Part shown: positions 25,437 to 36,948 of the stretch, in pieces
How positions within the stretch are numbered: the stretch's first letter is position 1
How the letters are laid out: every line of letters starts with the position of its first letter
Source: Eledone cirrhosa
Lineage: Eukaryota
Direction of reading: 5' to 3'
NCBI GenBank assembly: GCA_964016885.1
Contig: OZ024741.1
Location: 99,076,001 to 99,140,000 of the forward strand
DNA: 64,000 nucleotides
Position numbers and translations under genes: made by a program
Notes under the pieces: model-generated
Told to the model about the DNA's origin: nothing
The model's input: the letters and a program-made list of their open reading frames with translations, nothing else
The model's database searches: none

Positions 25437-26397
25437 GGACATATTTCAAGTGACAATTTTTTAGATATAATGACAAATTACTTTTCAGTGATAAATTACT
25501 TTTCAAATAAGATGGGATATCGGTTATGTATTTCGCACTATGGAGATTTAACCTTGGTATATTTTGACTTATCCAGAGTAACTAACTGTCTGGAGTAACA
25601 TCAAGTAATCAAGTTACAGAGTAACATCAAGTAATTAGTGAAACTATACTATATAGTTGACCACTGTAGAGACTACACTATTATATAAGGAACAGCATCA
25701 TAAGCCAGAGAGACTAGTTCTTCTAATGGTTGTTATATATAACTTTACAATAACTAAAATAACTGTATAATACATAAAATAAATGGTGAAACTATCAGTA
25801 AATTAACATAAAAATACGCAATCTAGGAATAATTTCATAAATAATAGTTAAATAAGGACACGCTTAACTAAGTCCAGATGCTGAGATGTAAATAATTTCT
25901 CATACATATTGACAATATGTTAGACAATAATTTCTCATACATATTAACAGTATATTACACAACAATTTCTCATACATATTGTACATAAACTAATGTATAA
26001 AATATTGTACATAAACTAATGTATAAACTAATGTATAAAATGTAGATCATATATACATACGAAGAACCGTCAAAACCACATTAGTTGATGTTAGATGAGA
26101 TATATTCACATTTGACATGAAATATTACAGTGACAATAATATAGTTATAATATTATTCTCTTTGTCACAACATATATTTAAGTGTTGTACTTGAACATGG
26201 AACGTCCAAAGTAAAAATGATGTGCAATAATGTTCAATAAAAACTTAAGCTACCAACAACGTAACGTGTAAAATATGATTTTAATAGATTACAAATAACT
26301 GTCCAAAATATTTTTCCTTAAATAAGAAATCTTATAATGTAATATATTTGTCATGAACTCACGGGCTCTTAGAAAGATGGTGAAAAGAAAACAGATT

Positions 26398-26489
26398 CGC
26401 TCGCAGAGGCACTTGAACCCGCGACCCTCAGATACTTTCACAGTACATGCTATAAAAGTCTGATGCTCTACCGACTGAGCTACGCGGGC
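26398..26489 (-). pseudogene. Intron-containing tRNA-Lys(TTT), probable pseudogene
   Basis: C61G in the B box/T stem, G70A in the acceptor stem; intron ends AAAGT (G at -3 lost). Confidence 0.75.
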
Positions 26490-26873
26490 GGACACATCCT
26501 GGGACAGTTGTTCAGATAAGATGACAAATTACTTTTCAGTGACAAATTACTTTCAGCCACGTATTTCGCACTATGGAGATTAAACTTTAGTGTATTTTGA
26601 CTTATCCTGTGTAATTTCATGTAACTGCATGTCTACAGTAACATCAAGTAATCAAGTTACAGAGTAACATCAAGTAATTAGAGAAACTATACTATATAGT
26701 TCACCATTGTAGAGACTCTACACTATTAGATAAGGAACAGCTTCATAAGCCAGAGAGACTAGGCATTGTAATGCTCGTTATATATAACTTTACAATAACT
26801 AAAATAACTCTATAATACTTTAAGCAAATGGTTAAACTATCAGTAAATTAGCATATAAAATACGTATTTTTAG

Positions 26874-26949
26874 TGAACCCACGACCCTCAGATACCTTTA
26901 CATCCGAATCTGTAAAAGTCTGCTGCTCTACCGGCTGAGCAATGCGGGT
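26874..26949 (-). pseudogene. 3'-truncated tRNA-Lys pseudogene
   Basis: 5' exon plus intron CAGATTCGGATGTAAAGGT; breaks off inside the T loop. Confidence 0.8.
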
Positions 26950-27236
26950 GGGGTACTTTTGCGAATAAGAAGAACCATCAAGACCACTCTAGATTTATTC
27001 GTCACATTAGATAAGAAATATTACTGTGACTATAACATAGTTATAATATTACTCTGTATGTCACCACAAATGTTCGAGTGTAACATTTCAACATAGAACA
27101 TTCAGATTATGTAAGATGTACAATAATGTTAAATAAAAACTGAAGTCATCAGAAATTTAACACATAAAATATGCATTTTATACATAATTTCGTACAACTG
27201 TCAAATTATTTTTCCATAAATCAAAAAAAATAGATA

Positions 27237-27328
27237 AGCCCGCTGAGGGACTTGAACCCGCGACCCTCAGATACCTTGAAAGTATTTGCTATAAAAGTCT
27301 GATGCTCTACCGACTGAGCTATGCGGGC
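27237..27328 (-). tRNA. Intron-containing tRNA-Lys(TTT) variant (A7.A66 mismatch, U73)
   Basis: GCCCGCATAGCTCAGTCGG...intron TAGCAAATACTTTCAAGGT...GGTTCAAGTCCCTCAGCGGGCT. Confidence 0.65.
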
Positions 27329-27699
27329 GGATACTTGTGTCGGTATCAATTATACTGTATATTTTCAGATAATATGGGATATATCAGTCACACATTTTAT
27401 ATTTTATCCATAAGTTGTGTTTAATTACTAATCGTAAAAATAAACGTTTCGTGGTTCCGTCTTAGTTTCGTCCGGGTAATTCTCACAAGCCATGTGTAAT
27501 GTATGTTATTTTTTGTCACATGTAAATTTCTCGCCTAAGCGAATAATATTGTTGTTATAATAGTTATATGATAAAATTGTGTGGTAGTTATCCTGATCTC
27601 TTAATTGTTTTTATACCTAAAGTTATTAAAATAAAGTGTAAGATAGATATATCTTGAATGATTGTGTCTCAAAATATCTCATAATAAATAATATTTCTT

Positions 27700-27787
27700 A
27701 CGTAGAGAGTTGAACTCACGTCTCCTAGAAACTTAATGAGAACAAATTGTAAAATTTTGATTCTCTTCTGACTAAAATATGTTGGTG
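27700..27787 (-). pseudogene. Heavily decayed tRNA-Lys relic (partial paralogue at ~33110-33179)
   Basis: Plus strand gttgaactcacgtctcctagaa...tgtaaaattttgattctcttctgactaaaatatg retains the spacing of the intron-containing gene. Confidence 0.5.
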
Positions 27788-29285
27788 ACGATTGTAGAGG
27801 CTCTAACCCATTATTTAAACAACATATGTAGAGAGACTAGATCTCGTAATGGTAGTCATATATAACTGTATAAAGACTAAAATAACTCGTAATGGTAGTC
27901 ATATATAACTGTATAATGACTTAAATAACTATATAATACATTAAATAAATGGTGAAATTATAAGTACATTAACATGTAAAATTATTACATAATTTATCAA
28001 GGTTTTTATGAATAAAAGAATTACTTTGAAACAAGAGGGACATAACTGTTCCGGTATGATGTTCAATTGATGAAAGCTACTGACATAGATTTTGTTCTTA
28101 ATATTTCATCTTGTATGGAAACTCAATTGTTTTCAATATAGAATAGAATATTGGTTGTGTTTATTTTCAGATACGGTGGGATATATCAGTCACGTATTTA
28201 GCACTACGGAGTTTTAAATGTTGATCTATTCACTTACCCACAGTACTAGAAGAGTAACCTCTTTCGGGTTCCACTTGAATTTCGTTGGTGTAATTCACAC
28301 TGACGATGCTTAATATATTTGAGAAGACGATAATTTCTCGTGGTAGCGAAAAATATTGTTTTCATAATATATTGTGAAATATAACTATATCTTTATGACT
28401 CGCTTAATTAAGTCCAGGTACTGAGATATATATTTTCTGATACAGTTTGCGCGTAAACTATTCTTATCGAAGGCATATTTTTGCTCAGTGCATGCTTGAC
28501 TCCTAGTATAGTATTGTGAATGTATTCATCATTCTATTATGTTTAAGATTTTCCTTACGCCTTCTATTTTGTTTCATAGTTCAAGTAGTAATTGAAAGTA
28601 TAAGAGTATAACATGTTAAGTATAACATGTTAAATTTTGTTAAAGATTTTGTATAAATAATATGATCAACAAATCTCTGAAGTAACCTTTAAAAGAAGTT
28701 CAAAATATTAGAAAATTATAATTTGATAATGAATACTAACTACCTTCATGGCACCTCCCTCCCACCACTACCCAAACATTCTCTTCGTACATTGAGTGAC
28801 TTGAACATGCAACAGATTTCTGATACAATTCTTGACGAAAATATCAGGAATTTAGGATATATAAAACCTATTTCATAAATGAATGTGAACAAGGTTTAAC
28901 ACACCATCCCATATAAAAAAAAACTTTTCTCTTTGTCCGTGGAGTCAATACTTTCCGATATACAATACAGTCTGGTAAATACTTTCTGTTTGTAGGACTA
29001 AATATGTTTGTGTTGTATTTGAGGATTGTGGTTTAAAATCTCACTAAGAATCTGTTATGTTTTATTTTAGGTGAGATTTATTCGTTACAAAGGAAAATAT
29101 TGCAGTGACAATAACATAAATATAATATTATTCTGATTGTCAGCATATATGTTCAAGTATTACACTTCACCAAGGAAGGTTCACATTAAGAATGATGTTA
29201 AATGAAAACTGAAGATATCAGAAATTGTACAGTTTATAATGACGAACAACGAATAAATAAGAAAAAAAAAAAATAATAAAGCGTT

Positions 29286-29377
29286 CGCCCACAGAGGGAC
29301 TTGAACCCGCGACCCTCAGATATCTTCTAAGATTACTCTGTAAAAGTCTGATGCTCTACCGACTGAGCTATGCAGGC
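29286..29377 (-). tRNA. tRNA-Lys(TTT), exons identical to the array consensus, different 19-nt intron
   Basis: Intron CAGAGTAATCTTAGAAGAT; long oligo-T terminator downstream. Confidence 0.88.
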
Positions 29378-29729
29378 AGACAAAGAAAGTGCTGTCAAAT
29401 TGAGTCTATATTGTCAAATAAGATGGGATATCTATCACGTATATTGTACAATGTAGATTTAACGTTAGTATATTTTTACTTATCTAAAGTAACTTTATGT
29501 CTAGAATAACATCAAGTAATTAGTGAAACTATGCTATATATTTGACAATTGTAGAGACTCTACACTATTAGATAAAGTACAGTCGCTTAAGCAGAGGGAT
29601 TAGGTATTGTAGTGGTCGTTATATATAACATTACAATAACTAAAATAACTCTATAATACATAAAGTAAATGGTGAAACTACTACTAAATTAACATGTAAA
29701 ATACGTATTTTATGAATAATTTCATAAAT

Positions 29730-30070
29730 AGTGGAGACATCTGCTGACTTTGGCCCTAGAGCCACCTTTCTACTCACCACTATCGAAACAGTGTTGGCTA
29801 CCCGCAGGTGTGAGCCTCGCGAACTGGAATGACTCTTCCACTGTCTCCTTCGCCATCCTCCGGGGAAATGCCTTCTCTATCCTGTCCGCCTGCGCCGCGG
29901 AGCGGCCTGCAGGTGGACACCCATTTCCTCATAATAGTGAGAGATGTGGAGAGAGGGAAAGACTGAGGCAGTGACAGTAGGTGTTTGGCTCCTTTGCGTT
30001 CAGACCTGGTATTTATGTATATTTGTCACGGATACACAATCACGTTAGACACTAACAATTATACCAGAAG
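29730..30070 (+). mobile_element. Second CRE-like retrotransposon 3' fragment
   Basis: DNA similarity to 452-720; encodes ...VSFAILRGNAFSILSA with frameshifts. Confidence 0.65.
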
Positions 30071-30086
30071 TATATAGTTAAATAAC

Positions 30087-30266
30087 TGTTTCTACTTTAG
30101 GCACAAGGCCAGCAATTACCCAGTGCATTACTGGTACTTTATTTTATCGACCCCGTAAGGATGAAAGGCAAAGTCAATCTCGGCGAGATTTGAACTCAGA
30201 TCGTAAAGGGACGTAACTATGCTGGAAAGCATGGCGTCCGACCCTCTACCGATACTGCCAATCCAC
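30087..30266 (-). mobile_element. SINE with 11-bp target-site duplication
   Basis: AGTTAAATAAC at 30076-30086 and 30267-30277; body almost identical to the minus-strand array SINE. Confidence 0.9.
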
Positions 30267-30441
30267 AGTTAAATAACGACACGCCTAATTAAGTCCAGAT
30301 GCTGAGATGTAAATAATTTCACCACCACCCTCACCTCACCACATTAAATAAAAAATTAAATAAAAAATTAAGCAATCAGAAATTTAATATATAAAATATA
30401 TAACTGTCAAAATAATTTCCCATGAATAAAGAAAATAGCTT

Positions 30442-30533
30442 CGCCCGCAGATGGTCTTGAAACCGCCATACTCAGATGCCTTCACTGTATAGGCTATAAA
30501 AGTCTGATGCTCTACTAACTGAGCTACGCGGGC
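30442..30533 (-). pseudogene. tRNA-Lys pseudogene
   Basis: D loop and T arm mutated (GCGGTTTCAAGACCATC); intron TAGCCTATACAGTGAAGGC. Confidence 0.8.
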
Positions 30534-31260
30534 GGACATCTGCTCAGCGACAATTTTTTTAGATATGATGACACATTACATTGCAGAGACGAATTACTTT
30601 TCAAATATGGTGGGATATATATCTGCCACATATTTCGCACTATGGAGATTTAACCTTGGTATATTTTGACTTAACCAGAGTAACTTAAAATCTGGAATAA
30701 CATCAAGTAATCAAGTTACAGAGTAACATCAAGTAATCAAGTTACAGAGTAACATCAAGTAATCAAGTGACAGAGTAACATCAAGTAATTAGTGAAACTA
30801 TACTATATAGTTCACCATTGTAGAGACTATTAGATAAATAACAGCTTCATAAGCAAGAGAGACTAGGTCTTGTAATGGTTGTTATAACTTTACAATAACT
30901 AAAATAACTGTATAATATATAAAGTAAATGGTGAAACTATCAGTAAATTATGATATAAAATAGGTATTTCACATTGGACATGAAATATTACAATGACAAT
31001 AATATAGTTATAATATTATTCTCTTTGTCACAACATATGTTTAAGTGTTGTACTTGAACATGGAACGTCCAAAGTAAAAATGATGTGCAATAATGTTCAA
31101 TAAAAACTTAAGCTACCAACAACGTAACGTGTAAAATATGATTTTAATAGATTTCAAATAACTGTCCAAAATATTTTTCCTTAAATAAGAAATCTTATAA
31201 TGTAATATATTTGTCATGAACTCACGGGCTCTTAGAAAGATGGTGAAAAGAAAACAGATT

Positions 31261-31352
31261 CGCCCGCAGAGTGACTTGAACCCGCGCCCCTCAGATACCT
31301 TCACAGTACATGCTATAAAAGTCTGATACTCTACCGACTGAGCTACGCGGGC
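31261..31352 (-). pseudogene. Intron-containing tRNA-Lys(TTT) variant, probable pseudogene
   Basis: C62A in the T stem, U47G, C25U; intron TAGCATGTACTGTGAAGGT. Confidence 0.7.
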
Positions 31353-31736
31353 GGACACATCCTGGGACAGTTGTTCAGATAAGATGACAAATTTCTTTTC
31401 AGTGACAAATTACTTTCAGCCACGTATTTCGCACTATGGAGATTAAACTTTAATGTATTTTGACTTATCCTGTGTAATTTCATGTAACTGCATGTCTACA
31501 GTAACATCAAGTAATCAAGTTACAGAGTAACATCAAGTAATTAGAGAAACTATACTATATAGTTCACCATTGTAGAGACTCTACACTATTAGATAAGGAA
31601 CAGCTTCATAAGCCAGAGAGACTAGGCATTGTAATGCTCGTTATATATAACTTTACAATAACTAAAATAACTCTATAATACTTTAAGCAAAGGGTTAAAC
31701 TATCAGTAAATTAGCATATAAAATACGTATTTTTAG

Positions 31737-31812
31737 TGAACCCACGACCCTCAGATACCTTTACATCCGAATCTGTAAAAGTCTGCTGCTCTACCGGCTG
31801 AGCAATGCGGTT
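31737..31812 (-). pseudogene. 3'-truncated tRNA-Lys pseudogene (duplicate of 26874-26949)
   Basis: Same truncation point and intron. Confidence 0.8.
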
Positions 31813-32100
31813 GGGGATACTTTTGCGAATAAGAAGAACCATCAAGACCACTCTAGATTTATTCGTCACATTAGATAAGAAATATTACTGTGACTATAAC
31901 ATAGTTATAATATTACTCTGTATGTCACCACAAATGTTCGAGTGTAACATTTCAACATAGAACATTCAGATTATGTAAGATGTACAATAATGTTAAATAA
32001 AAACTGAAGTCATCAGAAATTTAACACATAAAATATGCATTTTATACATAATTTCGTACAACTGTCAAATTATTTTTCCACAAATCAAAAAAAATAGATA

Positions 32101-32192
32101 AGCCCGCAGAGGGACTTGAACCCGCGACCCTCAGATACCTTGAAAGTATATGCTATAAAAGTCTGATGCTCTACCGACTGAGCTATGCGGGC
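32101..32192 (-). tRNA. Intron-containing tRNA-Lys(TTT), perfect acceptor stem but U73 discriminator
   Basis: GCCCGCA/TGCGGGC stem followed by T; intron TAGCATATACTTTCAAGGT; oligo-T downstream. Confidence 0.78.
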
Positions 32193-32545
32193 GGATACTT
32201 GTGTCGGTATCAATTATACTGTATATTTTCAGATAATATGGGATATATCAGTCACATATTTCGAAATATGGATATCTAATATTTTATATTTTGACTTCTT
32301 ATCCATAGGTTGTGTTTAATTTACTAATTGTATGAATAAACGTTTCGTGGTTCTGTCTTAGTTTCGTCCGGGTAATTATCACGTGTAATGTGTAATGTAT
32401 GTTATCTTTTGTCACATGTAAATTTCTCGCCTAAGCGAATAATATTGTTGTGATAAAAGTTATATGATAAAATGGAGTGGTAGTTATTCTGATCTCTTAA
32501 TTGTTTTTATACCTAAAGTTATTAAAATAAAGTGTAAGATAGATA

Positions 32546-33059
32546 TCTAAACTATAATAAAGGGAGGAGCGCGGGACTGCGTACGGTTTATAATGTTTTA
32601 TCCCATTAGTAAAATAAGTTGGATTACTTTGAATAAATAAGGAATGAATATTACTTAATTTATCTACTAAATTTCGTGGCTGTTGATTAAATATATTTTG
32701 TTTATTTAAAGATACACTTCTTTCAAATTTCTGAAATGTCAACACTTCCGGTTGGCGATCGCTTGAATAAACATACTAATTTTCTGTCACTAATTTTTTC
32801 CTAATGCAGTTTATATATAATATCGTCTTTTTTTTAATGTATCATAGATTACTTTACTGATTACATAAAACAGTGTAACACAGTCTTTACTGATTACATA
32901 AAACAGTGTAACACAGTCTTCGTTCAATTTCTGTGTATATTGTCAATTACTATTTTATTTGATGTATCATATCTACATGTGCATATACTTGCGTATAATA
33001 TCAATATACACACTACACATGCTAGCAGAAAACCACCCGAAAGGTGATTTTTCTGTTAG
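32546..33059 (+). mobile_element. Non-autonomous Helitron
   Basis: Starts TCTAAACTATAATAAAG; ends with hairpin CAGAAAACCACC-CGAAA-GGTGATTTTTCTG then TTAG; inserted between A and T with no TSD; absent from the paralogous site at ~27647. Confidence 0.8.
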
Positions 33060-33726
33060 TATTTTTAATGATTGTGTCTCAAAATATCTCATAATAAATA
33101 ATATTTCTTACGTCTCCTAGAAACTTAATCAGAATAAACTGTAAAATGTTGATTCTCTTCTGACTAAACTATGCTGGTGACGATTGTAAAGGCTCTAACC
33201 CATTATTTAAACAACATATGTAGAGAGACTAGATCTCGTAATGGTAGTCATATATAACTGTATAATGACTAAAATACATTAAGTAAATGGTGAAACTATA
33301 AGTACATTAACATGAAAAATACATAATTTATCAATGTTTTTATGATTAAAAGAATTACTTCGAAAAAAAAGGGACACTTAGATATTTCCATAACTGTTCC
33401 CGTATGATGTTCAATTGATGACAGCTACTGACATAGTTTTCACTACAGCCATAGATTTTGTTCTTAATATTTCATCTTTCGTTGAAAGTCAATTGTTTTA
33501 AATATAGAATACAATATTGGTTGTGTTTATTTTCAGATACAATGGGATAGATCAGTCACGTATTTTGCACATAAACTATTCTTATCGAGGGCATATCTAT
33601 GCACAGTGCATGTGGAACGGCTAGTATTGTGAATATATTTATCAATTTATTGTTTAAGATTTTTTTATTATGTATTATATTTTGTTTCATATTTCAAGTC
33701 ATTGAAAGTGTAACGGTTGTACATGT

Positions 33727-33779
33727 TTCACATCCGAATCTGTAAAAGTCTGATGCTCTACCGACTGAACTATGCGGGC
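33727..33779 (-). pseudogene. tRNA-Lys 5'-half fragment
   Basis: GCCCGCATAGTTCAGTCGGTAGAGCATCAGACTTTTACAGATTCGGATGTGAA, then truncated. Confidence 0.8.
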
Positions 33780-34094
33780 GGGCTTTTTTTGCGTCTATCA
33801 TAATGAATACGAAGAATTGTCAAGACCGGTCTAGTGTATATTAGATATAGATTTAATCGTCACATTGGATAAGAATATTACAGTAGCAATAACATAATTA
33901 TAATAATATTCTGTTTGTCACCACATATGTTCAAGTGTTACACTTCACCATGAAATGTCCAGATTAAGAATGATGTGCAGTAATGTTAAATAAAAAAAAC
34001 TTCATCTATCAGAAGTTTATCATGTGAAATTGCCATTTTATCCATAATTACGAATAACCAGCAAAATATTTTCCAATAAATTTTAAAATGCGTT

Positions 34095-34186
34095 CGCCCG
34101 CAGAAGGACTTGAACCCGCGACCCTTAGATACCTTCACATTTGAATCCGTAAAAGTCTGATGCTCTACCGACTGAGCTATGCGGGC
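34095..34186 (-). tRNA. Intron-containing tRNA-Lys(TTT) variant (C28.A42 mismatch, G51.U63)
   Basis: Full-length; intron CGGATTCAAATGTGAAGGT. Confidence 0.65.
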
Positions 34187-34331
34187 GGGTTATTATCGCT
34201 CGCTAAATTAGACTTTATACAAATAAGACTGGGTGGGGGCTTAATTTCGGGTCGAAATAAGCTCTGCATGTATGTTCCTGTGTGAGAGAGATATAGTGAG
34301 AAGTACTGACTTGTGATGTCATATAGAACGC

Positions 34332-36081
34332 TGGTGGATTGGCAGTATCGGTAAAGGGTCGGAAGCCATGATTTGCAGCATAGAGTTATGGCTCTTTACT
34401 GTCTGAGTTCAAATTCTGCCCAGGTTAGCTTTGCCTTTCATCCTTACGAGGTCGATAAAATAAAGCACCAATAATGCACTGGGATAATTGCTGGCCTTGT
34501 GCCAAATGTAGAAACAATATAGAACGGCTGTTGTTATGTGTATGGCGGAGGTGAGTGTCAGCTATGAAACTCATAAGTATTTACTGCCATCTTCCATTGG
34601 TTTGGAAAAGCACGCAGTTTTCCTTTCCCCGGTGAATATGGCGAAACAGGTTGAGTAACTAAAAGTATTCTTTTCTTTAGCCAAGCCCTCATCAATTATT
34701 TCAAGTTCCGATTAGAATCGAATGTAAAGGTATAGAAGGAGGTGCTGCCTTTCAATAGGTTTATCGAAAGGTGGTGTGTAAAGATGTGTAGTCCTGCACT
34801 GAAGGGTCTCTTTCACGTAGTTTTGTACTCCGTCTATAATATCACTCTTCATTTATTTAATTTTAATATAACCACCACCCATGATATTTGTAACCTTTCT
34901 CTGTAACATTAACGTATCCCATCATCATCCTCGTAGTGGTAGATTAGCAGAATGGTTAGAGTGTTGGGCAAATGCTTTGTGGTATTTGTTACGGCGCTTT
35001 ACCTTCTGAGTTCCAATCTCGCCGAGGTTAGCTTTGTCTTACATCCTTACGGGGTCGATAAAATAAAGTACTACTAAAGCACTGGGTTCGATTTAATCGA
35101 CTTTCCTTTCCTCCATATTTGCTGGCCTTGTGTCTAAATAAGAAACATTGTTTATGAATTTATTCATAAAATACCTATTTCATATCATAATTTATTGATA
35201 GTTTAACTTTTTAGTTATATTATACAGTTATTATAGTTATTGCAAAGTTATATATAACGACCGTTACAAGATGTAGTATTATAAGATGTAGTATTACAAG
35301 ATGTAGTATTACAAGATGTAGTATTATGAAGGTGTTCCTTATCTAATAGTGTAGAGTCTCTACCTTCTGAGTTCCAATCCCGCGGAGGTTAGCTTTGCCT
35401 TTCATCCTTACGGGGTCGATAAAATAAAGAACTAGTAAAGTACTGGGGTCGATCTAATCGACTTCCACCCCAACAGACACACAAACTCGTTGATCTTGTG
35501 CCTCGACGAATTGGCAGTATCAGTAGAACGTCAGACACCATATTTTGCAGCACAGAGTTATGGCCCTTTACGTTATGAGTTCAAATCCCGCTGAGTCCTT
35601 ACAGGGTCGATTATAATGCACCAGTAATGCACTGGAGTAATTGCTAGCCTTGTGCCAAAACGTAGAAACAATTATTATTAATATTAATGAAAATAATTGT
35701 TTCTACTTTTGGCACAAGGCCAGCAATTATCCCAGTGAATTACTGGTACTTTATTTTATCGACCCCGTAAGGATGAAAGCCAAAGTTAACCTCGGCGGGA
35801 TTTGAACTCAGATTGCAAAGGGTCGTAACTCTATGCTGCAAGCATGGCGTCCGACCCTCTACCGAGACTGCCAATCCCCTGCCCTTAATAACTGTTTCTA
35901 CTTTGGGCACAAGGCCAGCAATTATCCCAGTGCATTACTGGTACTTTATTTTATCGACCTCGTCAGGATGAAAGGCAAAGTTAACCTCAGTGGGATTTGA
36001 AATCAGAATGGCAAGGGCCGTAACTCTATGCGTCAAGGCATGGCGTCCGAGCCTCTACCGATACTGCCAATCCACCGCCCT
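34332..36081. mobile_element. Cluster of ~6 SINE copies (plus strand ~34332-34519, 34935-35150, 35361-35505, 35510-35680; minus strand ~35692-35885, 35887-36081)
   Basis: Same head, B box, central domain and tail as the other copies. Confidence 0.85.
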
Positions 36082-36164
36082 ATATTAATGATAATATACG
36101 TTTACTTTAATTTTTATTATCATTAATGATAATAATGATAATAAAAATTAATGTAAACGTAATG

Positions 36165-36253
36165 AGAAGAAGAAGAAGAAGAAGAAGAAGAAGAAGAAGA
36201 AGAAGAAGAAGAAGAAGAAGAAGAAGAAGAAGAAGAAGAAGAAGAAGAAGAAG
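36165..36253 (+). repeat. (GAA)n microsatellite
   Basis: Direct reading. Confidence 0.95.
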
Positions 36254-36719
36254 GCCTAAGCTGATTTTAAATATCGGGTTAAAATTCTGTCTTACTCTCT
36301 TTCTATCATATGTGCCTATTAATCCTACATAGATATCCTATAAAGAATAAAAAGAAAAGACAAAAGATATAGAGGCCAAAATCATCAGTAAGAAGTTTAT
36401 ATGACTCACTGTTATAAAATAGATTTTTCAGTGACCAGCTGCATTTCCTAAGCTTTCTTCTGTTTTCTCCATCCGGAGTGTGTTGTTATCAAAATAAACA
36501 GTGTTCTCTCCACTAGAAACTTACAGTCGTTTGACTTATACCAGCCTGAGGAACAAGCATGACCTTTACTCATAACATCTCTCCCTAGTATTTACCACGT
36601 GTTTTCGTTCAGTATATTTTGTCAAACTGCTGGAAAGAAATGTTCTGTAATATTAGACAGAGGGGGAAAGTGTGACGAGGGACTCAAAGTACGTGAAGTG
36701 GATATAGCAACACATGTAG

Positions 36720-36735
36720 GTAGATAGATAGATAG

Positions 36736-36819
<84 letters not shown>

Positions 36820-36879
36820 ATAAACATTCAGAAATAGGCAGATAGGCAGACAGGGTAGCTAGCAGCCAGATAGATATAT

Positions 36880-36948
<69 letters not shown>

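Larger units (their letters stand above)
3961..26160. repeat. Tandem array of a 1290-bp unit (17 tRNA-Lys copies; internal units also carry two oppositely oriented SINEs)
   Basis: Near-identical sequence recurring every 1290 bp (1289 bp for two units with a 1-bp deletion); the ORF track repeats with the same period. Confidence 0.97.
30970..33600 (+). repeat. Segmental duplicate of ~26100-28500 (tRNA, truncated tRNA, tRNA, relic)
   Basis: Collinear similarity at an offset of ~4.86 kb (26398 vs 31261; 27237 vs 32101), interrupted by a Helitron; weaker and gapped toward the right end. Confidence 0.85.

Noticed and set aside
4619-25442. Repeated 61-aa (minus) and 62-aa (plus) ORFs, superficially like a toxin-antitoxin or peptide gene array
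   Set aside because: They overlap the tRNA gene and AT-rich spacer, have no protein motifs, and are lost by single SNPs or indels in some units; they recur only because the DNA is tandemly repeated
3961-26160. CRISPR-like or cassette array with variable spacers
   Set aside because: Whole 1290-bp units are near-identical with no unique spacers, no cas genes are present, and the context is eukaryotic
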